In this document: piece after piece, positions 12,101 to 25,873 of the stretch | Position numbering within the stretch: the first letter of the stretch is position 1 | Layout: each line of letters starts with the position of its first letter | Assembly: GCA_964057225.1 (NCBI GenBank) | Contig: OZ059899.1 | Coordinates: 16,368,001-16,432,000 of the forward strand | Source: Auanema rhodensis | Taxonomy: Eukaryota > Animalia > Nematoda | Direction: 5' to 3' | Length of the DNA stretch: 64,000 nt | The notes under the pieces: model-generated | The model's input: only the letters and a program-made list of their open reading frames with translations | What the model was told of the DNA's origin: nothing | Database searches by the model: none | Translations under genes and position numbers: made by a program

Positions 12101-15100
12101 TCGCCCTCCTATCATATTAGAAAAATGATTTTCATCAGAATTGGAGAAGAAGTGTAGAATGAATATTGTGACGTATGTGAGGTCTACACAAGCAGATATA
12201 AATCAAATTTTTTTTATAAAATCTGATGAAAATGATAAAAATAAATTAAAATGGCCGTTTGCAGACAGTATTCTATTCTCTTTTCGATTTTTTTTTGTCT
12301 CTAATGAAAATCATAAACAAAACGATGTGAAGAAGAATAATTTTAGCTTGTATTCAGTGTGAGAGGATGAAAACTGTAGGAGACATGGAGAGAAAGATCG
12401 AGAAAAAGAAAATTTGAAAGACGAGAAGACAGAAAATTCGATGTCAACTTTGTAGAAATCGCGGATACGAAAGTGAGGCTTTACATGAATCATTTTCTTC
12501 TACTATGATCTGTGTGGATTACATATTTGGAGACAATTTTCTTTCATTTCATGTACTTCATTCCACCAGCTGCACGCCTTGTGGGGAATTTGCTGTCCTT
12601 CTTCCTTGTTTTTTTTCATTATTCTCTATTAGGAGATATAAGATATTGTAGCCTTATGAGCAGGAATTCAACCAAATTGCAGATGGTACTGAGTAAAAAA
12701 ATCTTTTTATGAAGAATTCTGTGGAAAAAGTCAAAAGAATTCCGACAAAGTTGAAAAGACATGCTGCTATCGAATAATCGTGTGCTAATATGAGCCGGTT
12801 GAAACTGTTGATGACGTATCGATAACTTTTTAATTTGTTTTATAAAAAGTCAAAATGAACGTACTTCGAATCCAGAACCTAAAATTGGTCCAGCACTTCC
12901 GATGTATAGCTTGTGGGCATCATCCATTGACAATTCAGCTAATGAGTAGATCTGAAGTAAGTTTTAAACGGTGTACTATCTTCATTATAACAATTTTCGA
13001 TTATTCATAAGTAGAATAAATCTTAAATCTATAACAAACCTGTTTAGCAGCATAACGAACACATTTGAAGTACAATGTAACATGATTATTAGTAACTTCA
13101 AATGCCAATTGTGTCCATTGCTGAATGAATTCAGGTACTTCAAATGATGCTAAAGCTGTTGATTGAGCCGTCATTTGATCTTGATAAATCAAAGAAACAT
13201 TCGTTTGACCATTAGCTGAAAGAAATAGAAAGTGTAAGACAAAACGAAAACTTTTTGCTTGTAATACCAGATGGTTCCAAAAGTACTCCAACATCAACTG
13301 ATGTATCATAAGGATTAACAATGGCAAAAAGATATCCTCCTCGTCTATCCATTGGTTTTACCTAATAGAAAACAGTTCTTTGTTTGTATTTTAAAGATTT
13401 GAAAATAAGAAAAACGAAGTTCTTAACACTTACAGACATAAGGATGGAAAAGTTGACAAAGAACTTTCTTGGCATATATAATCTATATGGAACGGCAATC
13501 TCCACTCCTCTCTGTAACATTAATGATAAAAGAAATATAAATTTTTATATTTTCATATAAATATTAAGTTTATACCTGAATTCCAATCGCTGGAAGTCCA
13601 TCAATACCTTTTGCTCTGAATACCCGAGGATCACTATTTAGCGTTCCCTCAACAGGAACTAAAAGATCAACTTCTCTTTCCTCATCTGAAATCATTATTT
13701 TGATGATTTTCATAAAATATTCGAAGATTTTGAACACATTCAACCGATTTCAAATATTTTTTCATTCAAAATGAGTTTATTCACGTGACCAATAATTTGC
13801 TTCGCCACGTGGTACGTCAACTTGCATGTGATAAGATTCCAATGTTCCGACTGAATATTTAGAATTCAACCTTACGAATTTCCTCAATTTATCACAAAAC
13901 TCTTAATGAAACTCGATGAGACTGCGTATTGCCACATCTGTCGGCAGAATCCTTTAGAGTGACAAGCTAATTAATCTTGAAACGTTTCAAACTTTTGTAT
14001 TTTTTTGTTTTACTTCCGTTCAACAACTATCGAACGTCAAGTTTTTGTCTTATTATCATACATAGTTCGGAAAAGAAATGGCCGGAATATTTCTTTGTCT
14101 AGTTATTCGAACGTCAATGTGGTTATTAGTCACTGCTAAGTTTTCCATATTCTATGGTAACTTCATCTGGTACTAGCTTTGACTCTTTATATATGTTCCT
14201 CGTTCTAGCTATATTTCCTAGCTTTTCTTCATCTCATGAGACACATTATCTGGCTCGTTATCGAGTAAGCTGAACATTGGAGCTCAAGTCCATTCTGAGA
14301 GAATCTCAACGATTCATGATGATGTGTCTGTCGACTGTTGGTCTTTCGAGGTTGTTTTGTCCTCCGGATTATTCTCAAATGGCCAGTTACAGCTCCATAG
14401 AATCTCAGATAATCGTAGATAACTCAGTATATCATTCATAAACTTCTCACTTATTTAGATTTTTGAACAAATGCCAAAAAATCAGATTTTTTTTATGAAA
14501 GAGAGACTATCAATCGGGAATGATTCTATGATCTAAAATTTAGTCTTCTTCAGGAATGCTCTGTGGAATCCCCACTCTTTCAATTCCCAAAAGACAAATT
14601 ATTCTCTTTTCCAATGACCTACAGGACGTGTCAGAATTTTAAATGAACAACTAGTAGCTTCAAGAGGGAATTGACTAATATGAAAAGGTACTATTGGAAA
14701 TATTCAAAACTTTTCGTAATAAAGATATTCATCAGAGTCGTCAATACACTACTGCGAAAGTACACGCAGATTGGCTGGTTTCTTGTTATAAGCCAGCAGT
14801 TCCACATGGAAGTATCATAACATTCATGTCGGTTTGAGCATTCGTCTGAAGTCTCGATGATACTGCAAGCCATCTTCTTAATCCTCTGGCAATCTTTTCT
14901 TTTCGTATATGACCTCTCTTGTCTGGCATCTTGACTATTAAGACTAAGATTAGGATGATACATGAAGTGTAGAGAAAAGACGATTTTTAATTCTCTTTTC
15001 TCTTTGGTTTAGAATAATAGATGAAATTCCACCTCATACTATTCTAATACATCTCATTGTGTTGAATATAAGTTTATCATCTCAGCTACATCATGCTTCT

Positions 15101-18100
15101 CGATCTTCTGCAGATCATCACATTGATTTCTTTTATTAAAAACAAAAAAAATTAATATAAAGTTAATTGAAAATAATATGACTTTAATACGATTTTCCTG
15201 CATTTATTCTCAAGAATTTCACGAAAAGTTTGAAGACATTTATTCCCTTGGGCGATATTTATGTAGACAGAGCGGAAAGAGAGTAAGTGAGAAGGATATG
15301 CTTTTCTATGGTTTTAGTATTCATCTCTCTCATATTTCCGTTTACTTTTTTTCATTTTCAAACAAGAAAATAATCACTGTATCCAAAAACTTTAATAGAA
15401 TATTGAGTCAAGATATTATAATGAAGCAAAGAAAGCTTAAAAAATCAATACAAAGAACATTTGTGAGTTGAAAGAATACCCAAATCTGTTAAATCTTCAT
15501 AGATCTGTCAAAATCAAGGGTTCAACCGCTTTTGACTATTTCAAACAGATTAATATTAGGCAATTGATATTATTTCCAATGTCAACTTAATTTCTTCAAG
15601 ATCCTCTAGATTGTTCTCAAGATTTGGAAAACAACGAGAAACAAATAATACTTGGAAAATCTCAAATTTTTTTTCTTTTTCAATGGAAAAAAGAATTTCT
15701 ACGAATAGATTATGGAATGTTAACGCATTTTCTTGTTGTAGATATACAAAAGATGCACTGACGCATAGTCTATGTATTACATAGACAAAGAAAATGTTTC
15801 AAGAAATAAAAACTAAAATTTGAAAAAATAAAAGAAGAAAACCAGAACTCGTAACAGAATAATAGTTATCTAATAGAGTTAGATGTACAACCGATTAGAA
15901 GTCTGAATGAAATTAAAATGACAAACATATCTTCTGTTTTCACGTGAATTTCACGTGAACTTCACGTGCGAATCATTTGAAAATGACTGATTATCTATTT
16001 TTTATTTTATAATGATAATTGAATTCAATAAATACTTTCATTATTTGATTTAGATTATAATTAGAAGTTTCAAGTCTCTTTCCATTATGTTACTGTTATT
16101 CAGTTACATTTCCGGTCGTTAAGGAAACATAGAGGGTGAGAGTATACGTTAAACTTTACGGAAAAACCAAATGAATTATGGAAAAGACAACGAGCTAATA
16201 GTGTTAAAGTCGTTGATTCTTTCAATAAATTTTAACCATGGGAACGAAATGTTGAAAAAGAAGAATAATTATGTATATATATATACATATATATATAATA
16301 TATTTTGTTTTAAACATTATTATTATTATTTGATTTGATATATAAGAAAATTAAAAGAAACTGCTAACCTCCAGGAAGATGATTAATATCAAAATAAGCT
16401 TGTATTGATTGTGATAATGATCCAGTAACTAGTAGAAGAATAATTTGAATAGAAAATATCCTGCCCGGAATCATTTCACCTTCTTATCGGGTGCATCGAC
16501 TTAAGATTAATGCTTATGGTAGATCAGAAAAAAATAAAAATAGGAAATAGGAATATTACGATATATCAGATGAATTATGATATAGAAATGACTGTAATTA
16601 CTTAAACCAAATGTTAAGCAAATGGAAGGTAGAGATGAAAAAGATAGTTAAGACAAGCTTCGCGTTCTATGGATAAGGCGGAGTCGTGCCAGTACGCCGC
16701 GGGTGGGCGGAGTCAGATGAGTTCAGGCAGAAGAAGGGTGGCAGCAAAAGTTGAAAAGTTGACAAGACAAGCTATCATTTATCCACTTGTAGTGAAAAAA
16801 TTTCAATAAATGACTTCGCCAAAAAAAAGATTTTTTAAAACAATTCTCTCATTTATAGAAAGAAAGAGAAGAAAATGAGAGAAAAGAGGGGTGAGTTGTG
16901 TTGGGGAGTGTTTAATCGTTATTCTGCCGAAGACGATGAAAAAACATTGAAAGAAAGGAAAGAAAGCAAGATTGATCCATATATAAAGGAGAATAGAAGA
17001 CATCTTTCTTAGATTTGAAGACTAAAAAAACGATTTCGTATATGATTTAGAATAAATATAATTGTTAACAATAAATAATAAAATAGCAAATAGAATGGTT
17101 CTCATGTTTGAGAGTTTACAGCCTCTTCTGTGTTAGAAATGCCTATATTAGCATTCAGAATTTGCATATAGCATTCTTAGTATCCGTTACTAACATTGAA
17201 TACAGTAAGGAACACAGAAGATTCGTGGAAAACATCTTGATTATCTAAGAATACACATTCATAATCCTATTAACTAACTTTTGAGTTTTTGTCTTCTGGC
17301 CAAAATAACCCAGAAATTAGCATAGGTTATAACTCAAGAAGCACTTGTTTCATGATGGTTCTGTTAATTATAATTACAAAGATTATTTATAATTAGCTGA
17401 CAGAAGGAGAAATGATTGACTGAAGTGCGTAACATGCTAGATAATCTCTGAATAAAAGTAACAAGAGAGAGGAAGCAAGAGATAGAGAGAGATAGAATAA
17501 GATAAGGGTGGTGCCAGGACTTGGCTGCTGTTGTCCCCTCTTTCCCCCTTTCGTTTTCCTCTTCTCTACTTCTCTTACATGTCCAGTTTATCGCCAGATG
17601 ACCCTATTAAGTACTTCAAGCTTTTGTTTTGTTTCTGCCAGCTACTTGATCAAGAAATCTGCTATGCCATAACGAGACAAACCGGAGCATAACATCAGCT
17701 CTTTACGAAAATATCAAACTCGCACGAACTATTTTTACTTCTCCCTTCAGAGTTATAAGAAAAAGTACCTTGATTATCATCGAATTTTACAGAATTAGTG
17801 TGGGTCGGACAAAATCCACTCGATAATTGAATGTTATCTACAGCTATCCAAGGACCTTCCTCCTTCCAAGATACTTCAATCATTATCTAAAGCAGCACAG
17901 AAAACTATATGAATTTTTCAGCCAATAGACATACCTTAAATGGACTTCTTTGTTGAGTTATAGGTAAAGTTATTTCAGCCCAAGTATCCGATGGTAATCG
18001 GGTAGCAGGTACTCGTAATAGAGATCGTTGAGATCCTTTTTTCTCATTTCGTAAAGCAATTAGGATAGTTCCTGTAATTGTTTATAATTCAAATTTTAGT

Positions 18101-20638
18101 TTTATAGAAGACATATACCAATTGCTCTAGATTTATATAACTGTAAATGCTTATTTTTTAAAATTAAAAAAATAAAACGAAAAGAAAATAATAGAAAGAG
18201 CATTCCAGGTGCTTTTTGTTTGTTTGTTTTTTGCTTTAAATTACTCATTAATTATCTTTTCCCACAAAAAAAACCGCTCTATTCAACACATATTACAGCT
18301 GTTAGCACTATTTTCTAGCCTATAATAGGTTAGAAACAGTCTTTAATATCTCTTATTACTCATCAATTTTGTCATTTTAAGGTCAAATAGTTGTTTAACC
18401 ATTATATTCGTATAATATTTCCTTTCTCTTATAGGTAAACTGACCATCTTGAGCTTGTTTCAAGAAATATTTGAATTGCAAACAAAGCGCAGCACTGCTT
18501 TGTAGCCGAAAAACAGGAGAAATTAAGGTGGCATGCTGATGATTTCCAGATATTGGATCGACAGATATTGAAAAACTTCCTGAAAATTTAAGGGTTCAGA
18601 ATTGTTTTTTTTTCAAATTTAATTGTATTTTCTGTTAAATCAATAAATGAATTGACCTGTATCAGCAGTTGATTGAGTGCGAGTCCAAGGAACTCCATCT
18701 CCTATTTCTATTCCACATAAATCTTTCTCGAAATCACATGACCAATCATATCGTGAAATGCTTTCAGAAGGATCTGAAACTCAAATTCACTCTTAGATAG
18801 ATGTATGCAAATATTTTTCTTTAATTACCTGTTGGTAACAAGATTATATCTCGTATGCTCCATGGACTCTCGCGACCATCTGCTCCAATCACTTTGACAG
18901 CTATTTCATATTCTTTTCCTGATGTAAGACCAGTTAGTTTCACAGAATTCGAATTTGATCTCATTTTCTTCATGTGTTGACTTTGATAAATTCCATAACT
19001 AAATGGATAATTAATAATATTTTATTTTATTTTAATTACTGTATGAGATAATGACGAAATTGCCCTGCATTCAACACAGAATTTGAAATTGAATCTTCGG
19101 GGTTAGGATCCTGCCATTCAACTTGGACAACACCTGGTTTCATAACAAAAGCGCGAACTGCTGTAGGTGGCCATAGAGCTTCAGCATCATTGTCTTAAAC
19201 ATTCTTAATTAAATTCAAAGAAAACTGTATAATTACTAACCTCCAACAAGAGTTGTAGCAGTCACCAGAACACGAACCCCATCTTCACCTTCCGCTTCAT
19301 TATAAGCTCCAACAGCAAATACATAAGTTGTATTAGGAACTGAAAATGACAAAGTGTTTAAGATTCTTAACTCAAATGAAACTACCCAGTCGTGTAATTG
19401 TGAACGAATTCGTTTCAGCTCCTTCAATAACTATCCTTCGGGACGGAGCCCCTATTCCATAAGCCACAGTGTAGCCACGAACCTTTAATCAAAGTTTATT
19501 ACAGTAATTTTTAAAATAGATTTTACCAGTATGCTTGTATCGGAAGGTGGCTCCCACCACAAAGTAGCAGTTGTAGCTTTTGTACGAACTTGAACACCCT
19601 CTGGTGCATCTGGTACCCGGTACTCTGACAATATATATCATAAACCAATTTATTAAAATTTAAAAAAACGTTAAAATTTCAAAATGCTCGTTTATTTTTC
19701 AACTTGACAAGACAGGTGTTAGCAGTTATGCATGTTCATAGTTTTTATACCTATTTCACGTGGAGAGAAATGCCAAAAAATTTAATAGCTTGTCAACATG
19801 TCATGTTCTCTCAATTATGTTCAATCAACATAATTTATGTATTTTATTAAATGAAGAACTATGTGAATTATATAGTAAATTGAATAGTTGATGTGATTTA
19901 TTTGAACGAAATTACACCTCAAACATTCGATTTTTCTTGAAACAAATACTGTAAAAAAAGATAAAATACTAAGATTCTAGTTAGTATCCTAAAACAAAGT
20001 GTAAATGTACACGTATTTGTTTTTCTAAAAAAAAAAATCAATAATCCAACTATTGTATTGTTATTTATTCTTTATAAAATATGTATCATTTACTGAGCCC
20101 CGAAAATATTTCGTAAATTAGGCGTAGTGAATAAGAATTCAATAGTTTCTTATTTTAGGTCTCAAGCTTGAATGCTCCAACCCATTTATGTTTACTGCTT
20201 CCGGAACCGATGCACCGGTCAGCCGAACCCATTAGATCTCCCTCAGCAGGTTCACAATTTCCGCAAAACAAAAGAAATTCACACGTAAACACGTGCTAAC
20301 TACCTAATTGCCGCCAATTTAGTGACAAGTTCTATTAGCGAAGCAGAAGCTAAATATATTTCTTGAAGCTAAAAGAAAGTCAAATAAAATTGAAAAAACG
20401 CTGTCATTTGCATATTTCGTTGGGCTGACTGCCTCAATGCGTGAAATGAAAATACGTGAAAGTCATTTAAAGATATGTAAGAACTCAGAACCGGTTGTCT
20501 ATATGTAAATACAAAATATAATTTTTAATGTTAAATAGTAAAAAATAGAAAATAAACTGTACCGTTGTCATACACATCTTCTGATGCAGTTACAATTGAA
20601 AATATTAATACAGTTAATAATGCAGAGATGCTAACCAT
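6117..20638 (-). CDS. cle-1: Collagen XV/XVIII (multiplexin), longest isoform: signal peptide-FN3-FN3-MAM-LamG/TSPN-interrupted Gly-X-Y-trimerization-endostatin
   Basis: Endostatin exons [32 protein letters not shown]...[10 protein letters not shown]...[12 protein letters not shown]|NMSKY..FW* (6117-6860). Trimerization domain [24 protein letters not shown]. Gly-X-Y exons ~8150-8925; LamG exons 12865-13685 plus 9996-10064; FN3 exons ~18830-19625; signal exon 20563-20638. All junctions are phase-compatible. Confidence 0.9.
10093..10659 (-). CDS. cle-1: cle-1 alternative first exon (signal peptide plus ~160 aa region with furin-type sites; isoform C-like)
   Basis: [31 protein letters not shown]...KRFKRS...RSPR...NIPIE ending at a phase-0 donor GAG|gtttgt. 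Confidence 0.75.
16369..16474 (-). CDS. cle-1: cle-1 alternative first exon (signal peptide spliced directly to LamG; isoform B-like)
   Basis: [35 protein letters not shown] then G|gttagc, a phase-1 donor compatible with the LamG acceptor tttcag|AT at 13685. Confidence 0.75.
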
Positions 20639-23229
20639 CTTAGACCTTTGACATTATAATAAAACCAGGATACTACCTGCAACGTGATTATTAAAAAGGA
20701 GAAAAAGATGAAAAGTTTAAAACAACTGGAAGGAAAAATTATTTGAAAAACAGATGAATAACTTGCAATTGAAGATTACTTGACGTGAAGATGTTACATT
20801 TGAGGTGTGCAACATGCTAATTTTCCTTCAAGAAAAAAGAAGATTTACAATGGTCTTGTATATGGATCATTAATTCTATAGTACTAGCCGAAGTCAAAAC
20901 TATTCACTATATGTGAAAAAGATGAAGGAAAAGTGACATACTATGCTTCAAACGATGCAAAACGATCGAAAAGTCGTTAAATAGTTACAGTCTGCATACA
21001 GAAGAATAGTGATGAATGAAAGACAACAAACTATCTTATATGATTGAAATGATGAAGAAATGTATAACATAACCATATAAATGTCTTATTCAACTTCAAT
21101 ACTGAAATAAGCTAATCTTTTATATTTCAACTACTACTAAATGTGTTAAATATGAATAAGTCACGAACCCGACCTTACATAGTGTACTTTAATATTCAAA
21201 ACAGTGGACAACATCATGTGTATTGTATTGAAAAGAAAATTAATAAAAATAATTAATTACTAGATTTATACCTTCTAAAATAGTAATTATAAAAATCTTT
21301 CTCTAAACTAAAAGCCTTATGAAACAAAACTGTAACAGATTCTAAAAGCCTTATAACTTCCAAAGGCATTTTGATCAGCTCTATTGAATCTATTTCTAAT
21401 ATTTACGTCATAAGGAAGAATTGTATTTATATTAATATAACTTACACGACTTATATTCATATTGATAATTTAAAGAGAAAAGAGAGATTGAGAACTTTTG
21501 CAAACTTTTAGCGCTTCACAGGATTCGTAATGTCTCGTCATTGGGGCCGGACACGAAACTTAATAAGGGATGACAATGAAATTTAGAAAGAACAGCTAAT
21601 TTCTTTAAGAAATCTAAATAACGTTCATGGAAGAATAACAAACAGTTCATGCTTTATAGTGACCCTATATACACTCTTGATCTTTAGTTTAACCAAGAAA
21701 TAACAAAAATGAATTAAACATCGACTTCATATTGATGTTCGTAGATTGACTTTAAATTCGAGAATTATAAAAACAAAATATATAAATCTTATTGAATTAG
21801 TGAAAAGTTTAACTTTTGAATGAAATATTTTATATGAAAATGATTGATTTGTTTTCTAAACCATCATACCTCCCACCAGCATGTGGGCCAATCTTATATG
21901 GGCCACACCCTTAGTTTCTTATACGAACATTGGAAGAATCCATATAAAAGAAAATAATTGAAAGCTTTTCAAAAAAAGAAAGACAGTATAATTCAAACAT
22001 TTAAAAAGTTCATTTCAACGGCTGCAAGATCTTCTTGACTGCTTGAGTAGGCGCATGAATTTTGAACAAAACGTAAGCAAGTGGCACTTTCTAAGGAACT
22101 ATAGACACCTAACTGCCTGGCTCGCGGGCTACTCTATCTAATCGCTTATCCTATTCTAATCGCTCAACCTTTTTTTGGACAACACGAAAAGAATACATGA
22201 AGTCGGATGGACTGCTTTTGAGATATAGCTCAATTCAATTTATGCAACACAAAAAAAGTGATAGATTAATCCGAAGATCCAAAGATTGGCCTTTTATTAT
22301 GGCTCACAGGAGAAATCCTAATCACGTTTACTCAGATGCGCCCAAAAAGATGTAGTTAAGATGAATCTTGGTGCACACATATAGGATTATCATACTTATT
22401 CCGATTTTTCCAATAACCTCATCAAATGGATGTTGTCCGATAATATCTTAGAAACAATCCGAATAAGGAACTAGTAGGAAAAATGAAAATAAAAAGTGAG
22501 AATATAAAAATTTAACAGTTTTGATTAGTTAGATAGTGAAGTTAGTAAAGAAATATAGACAACCATTCTTCGTTGACTGAAAAGTATAAATGAAGTAAAA
22601 GTTTCACGTGGCGTTCACGCCGAAGTTATGCAAAGGAAATGTCCCAGAAGTAGTTGCGATATTGAAGAGATTCGAATGAATAAAAATGTCCTTAAACATC
22701 AACATCATCAGAGTTCATTAGTAACCGTAATCAAACGCATATTCAAATTATTCAAATGATGTCTGGTTTAGAGGGTAACGTAGGCAGAGCTTCGTCGCTG
22801 TCTGCAGAGCCACGCCTTCCCGGAAATGTGTATGCCCTAAGTCCAGGAGATCTAGCCGAAAGCAGTGTACCTACCGAATATATAAATCTGTTCAACGCTT
22901 AAAGTAATGATTGTGAATTAAGACTAAGGAAACACGATTCTTTCATCTACATACAGACGAAGAAAACAACCCGAATAAGCGTTAATGATTTTAAAACCAC
23001 CTACGAGCACAACAAACTTGATCAAAATAATTGTAGTAAAAAAATAAACTGCACAAGGCTTCATTAAGGAAAACCGGACAAGAGAAACACATTACGAAAA
23101 ATATTCCCCGTTTTATATCAATTTTGAGAAACTAAAAGAAGTGCTGACGAGACAACAGCAACACGGTAAAGTGTTTAATTATTGAATAAATAGATTAAAT
23201 CATATACAAAAAAAGAAGATTAAGAGAAA

Positions 23230-24572
<1,343 letters not shown>

Positions 24573-25703
24573 ATGCCGTATGCTAATCAACCTATTGTAA
24601 CTATTATGACACTATCTGACGACCAAGTCAGATTCGTGTTGGAAGACACGGATTTGAGTGTTGCCAACTCTCTTAGAAGAGTTTTTATAGCTGAAGTAAG
24701 CTGAATACAGTTCTTGTTTTGTTTTTTTATAAGTTGGTTATTAGGTTCCAACCCTTGCTATTGATTGGGTTCAAATTGAAGCTAATAGTAGTGTTCTTCA
24801 TGACGAGTTTATTGCTCATCGTATGGGTTTAGTTCCATTAGTGTCCGACTATGCTGTTGATCAGATGCAATATACTAGAGTAAGAGAAATCAAGCTTATT
24901 CAAATGCTTTTTTTTCTTAGGAGTGTCAATGCACAGAATTTTGTAATCAGTGCTCTGTTCTATTTGAGCTTAATGTTAAATGTAGAGATGAAGCTACACG
25001 ATCAGTTACCACGGCTGATTTAGAATGTAAAGGTACTGATATAAATGGAGATGTAAGTGTGTCATCATTTAATTTATTTTTTCGTTTACCCATTCAGCAA
25101 GTTCAAGTTTTTCCTGCTTGCGGTGTTCATGTTAGAAATCGAACAGGACATGGCGCAGACGAATATTCTCGACAAGATGATATCTTAATAGTTAAACTAA
25201 GAAAGGGACAAGAAATTAATTTAAGATGCTATGCAAAAAAAGTTTAACTTGAGTTCACTTTGATATATATATTTCCACGGTTGAGGGCTTTGGTAAAGAA
25301 CATGCTAAATGGAACCCTACGTGTGGTGTAGGCTTTGAATATGATCCTGACAATTCTCTTCGTCATACAGTTTACCCAAATGCTAAAGAATGGCCCCGCA
25401 GTGAGTTTAGTGAGCTAGAAGAAGGAGAAAGTGAAGCTCCGTATGATGCACATGGCAGACCATCAAAGTTTTGGTATACAAGTAGGTTTTGATCAGTTGT
25501 TTTTTTGCTAACCTTAGTTGTAGTTGAATCTACTGGTGCTCTTAAAGCTGAACGAATCGTTCTCTCTGGTGTGGCTATATTGAAAAAGAAGCTCCAGGTA
25601 AAGCTAAATTGGAAATTGTAGAAAAAATATTTTCCTTATCTAGGAACTTCAAGAACAGCTAAGTCGAGAATTACAAAATCATGGATTAGCGATTGGACAG
25701 TAA
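24573..25703 (+). CDS. rpb-3: RNA polymerase II subunit RPB3 (POLR2C)
   Basis: MPYANQP...[16 protein letters not shown]|[32 protein letters not shown]...[11 protein letters not shown]...[21 protein letters not shown]|[23 protein letters not shown]. Confidence 0.97.
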
Positions 25704-25873
25704 TTTGTTATGTATTGATCTCACGTTTTTTTATTGTATATTCAATTGACTTGATAAGATAAATATCTAATATTACCTTTTCTATTGTTTGAACAATGGT
25801 TTTGAATCCGCTATACCACACTAAATTTATTCCCTCTCTTTTTTCTCATTTTATTTTACTGTTTTATTTAAAG

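Noticed and set aside
10700-16300. Nested genes in the large cle-1 introns (short ORFs at 11120, 12141, 14691, 15178)
   Set aside because: Low-complexity Phe/Lys-rich translations with no coherent splice chain or recognisable domain.
20195-20235. CGGAACCG...CCGGTC resembling an snRNA PSE
   Set aside because: No recognisable snRNA, SL RNA or Sm site at the expected distance downstream.
22031-22046. 16-nt exact match CTTCTTGACTGCTTGA with ~27700
   Set aside because: About one such match is expected by chance in 64 kb, and the flanks do not align.
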